64,000 nt of DNA from Euglena gracilis (lineage: Eukaryota). Shown here one piece after another: positions 61,992-64,000 of this stretch; the first letter of the stretch is position 1, and every line of letters starts with the position of its first letter. The position numbers were made by a program, and so were the translations under genes. The stretch is from contig CP154954.1 of NCBI GenBank assembly GCA_039621445.1, positions 11,216,716 through 11,280,715 of the forward strand, in the 5' to 3' direction. A model generated the notes under the pieces. That model saw only the letters and a program-made list of their open reading frames with translations, had not been told where the DNA came from and made no database searches.

Positions 61992-63313
61992 TGTTGGGGG
62001 GTCCGGGAAACCCACGTGCGCCCGGAGTGCGGCCCCATTGATGGGGAAAGATACTCGCCGGCGACGCTTTGCGTACTGTGGTATGTTTTTGTTGTTGTTC
62101 TTCCCCTGGACAGCTTGACCTGTTGGGTTGTATGCCAAGGGAAAGTTTGCCTGGCGTGAATGTGGGTTGGATCACCAGGAGTTGTTCCCGTCGAGCGCCT
62201 GAGGGAAGGGCGTCCGGGGGGGGGGCACGGGTGGAGTCCATGAAGGCCTGGGAGGAGGCCCTTGTTGCCCCCAAGCCCCATGGCGTGGAGTGTGTTGGAT
62301 TATCCCTTGGGTGGGGATGACGGAGGCAGATGTCATGTTGTTGCCCATGGTATATGAGGATGGATGCATTGAGTTCGTAGGGGACGGAAGAGAGCGTGGG
62401 GGATGGTGGGGGGAAGGTTGGGAAGGGAGAAGTCCTTAGGGGATGCGAAGCGCGTCTGGATGGGCTCCTTTCCTAACCAGTGCGGTATCCTTAATTTTGA
62501 CTTCCAATTCCAATGCCCAAATGTAGGAAGGTGAAGGAATGCATTTGGAGAGGGGGGAGAGTGGCAGAAGTGCATTGGGCATCTCCCCATGGATTGGAAG
62601 GCGGTTGGAGAAAAAAAGGATTTTTTACCCCCCATTGTTGGCGAGTGGTGTACCTTTGATTTCTTTCCCACAGTGGGTTTCCCATTTACCATTGTTGATT
62701 GTTTATCTATTTGGCTGAGTTTGATTCACCATTGGCTGAGTTTGATTCATTATTGGCTGCGAGTTTGATTCATTGTCATTGGTCAAAGTCATTGTCATTG
62801 GTCAAGACAAGACAATCGACAAAGCGGAAGTTGAAGTTTGCCTAAGGGGAAGACCGCACACCACCTCGAACCTTGAACCTTTCGTCCGTCCCCTCCCCCA
62901 AGGTATTGTGCCTAATTTTTTACAAAGGAAAAAAGGGGATATAGAATTTGGAAAGCGCAAGGATTTTCAGTCAATTTTACTGAAAACTTTACTGAAAATG
63001 TCCTCTTTTTCAGATGTGGAGAGGCAAGGGTTGGAGCCGGGGAAGGGGGGGGTATGGGGCCCCGCCCCCTTACGTTGCACAAGCAATGGAGTGGCAAGCG
63101 GCCCAAGACCGAGAAAGGGCGAGGGTGCAAAGGATAGTGACCCAGGTATGTTTGGGGATATGCAAGGGGGGGTATGCATGAAGCCCGAAGGGAATCGTGT
63201 TTCTGTTGGATCCCCTGAAACTGCGGAGGGAAATAAAGATCCTACGCCGCCGGAGGCCCATCCCGGGTTCCCCCTCGGGGGGGCGGACACGGGGTGGGCG
63301 TCCCGCGTGAACA
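61992..63313 (+). repeat. 3' LTR (1,322 bp)
   Basis: Near-identical to 48434-49754; followed by TSD GTGC. Confidence 0.96.
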
Positions 63314-63492
63314 GTGCCTTTTTTCGCCGGAGTTGGCTGATTCCTAATTTGCCCTTCGACACCCAGAAGAAAGGAACTTCAATTCAAGAACCTTGACAGT
63401 TGAACTTGAAAGAGTTACGTCAATCAAATTATCCGGAAGGTGAAGCTCGTAGAGCATATCAAATCAGAAATTGTTGACATTTCAAGACTTCA

Positions 63493-63984
63493 ATGAAAAA
63501 TGCAATTGCCAACACGAAGAAGAGCATCACTGAACAACAAGAAGTTGCCGCCACTACAGCTGGACGACCTGACGGCGCGGTGCAACCCTGGCGATCCGTG
63601 GCTGTCCCATCCCCCCCAGAAAAAGTTTCTAAAAACCCACCCAGTGACAGCCACAGACTTTGGCAGACAGTGGTCAGAAAAACCCGAAGGACACAAAAGC
63701 CAAGACAAATGTCATGCCACTACGGCAAGGGCCATGGAGGCCCATATCCCAGTTACACCAATACATTGTTCAAGCTGGGCCATGGAGGCCACAACAGCAA
63801 GCTGGGCCATGGCGGCCACAACAGCACTGGCCATGGCGGCCGATGGAACAAAGGCCAGGGTGGCCAACAATACCAAGGCCAGGGTGGCCGATTCCATAAA
63901 CAAATGCCCAGTGGCAGGGGCAGGACAGGTCCACAACACCCCCCCAACCAATTCTTCATCACACACCCCATCAGGGGTAAATGA
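63493..63984 (+). CDS. Hypothetical G/H/Q-rich ORF with short repeats (KLGHGGHNS); possibly a fragment of another element
   Basis: ATG-initiated 163-aa ORF; no recognisable domain. Confidence 0.25.
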   Translation: MKNAIANTKKSITEQQEVAATTAGRPDGAVQPWRSVAVPSPPEKVSKNPPSDSHRLWQTVVRKTRRTQKPRQMSCHYGKGHGGPYPSYTNTLFKLGHGGHNSKLGHGGHNSTGHGGRWNKGQGGQQYQGQGGRFHKQMPSGRGRTGPQHPPNQFFITHPIRGK

Positions 63985-64000
63985 TGGGCCCCCAGTGGCC

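Larger units (their letters stand above)
48434..63313 (+). mobile_element. Ty3/Gypsy LTR retrotransposon (14,880 bp) carrying two DNA methyltransferase domains
   Basis: Paired LTRs TGTT...AACA, 4-bp TSD GTGC (48430-48433 / 63314-63317), PBS, PPT, gag, and PR-RT-RH-IN order with a chromodomain-like tail. Confidence 0.97.

Overview
Eukaryotic nuclear DNA, almost certainly from a euglenid. The one host gene I can reconstruct has three non-GT-AG introns with euglenid-type base-paired ends (CAG-like triplet at +4..+6, CTG-like triplet at -8..-6). Four main things are present. (1) A giant fold-back inverted repeat (1-13693 mirrored by 14548-28542), possibly a long-read or amplification artefact. 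It carries 5'-truncated CRE-clade non-LTR retrotransposons and two paralogous orphan Cys-rich ORFs. (2) A 4-exon, 257-aa claudin/amastin-like membrane protein gene (23830-38474) with nonconventional introns of 10.2 kb, 3.5 kb and 212 nt; the two long ones are packed with nested repeats. (3) Many hAT-type MITEs with CA(G/A)G...CCTG ends and perfect 8-bp target-site duplications (TSDs); their geometry (8 = 3 + 5) matches the intron boundary rule. (4) A recent 14.9-kb Ty3/Gypsy LTR retrotransposon (48434-63313; 1.32-kb LTRs, 4-bp TSD). Its pol carries BOTH a C5-cytosine methyltransferase and a Dam-type amino-methyltransferase between protease and RT, and ends in a chromodomain-like segment. The element also has a gag-pol UAG in a MuLV-like readthrough/pseudoknot context and a very large repeat-rich upstream ORF. 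All domain calls come from motifs read by eye; no database searches were run.
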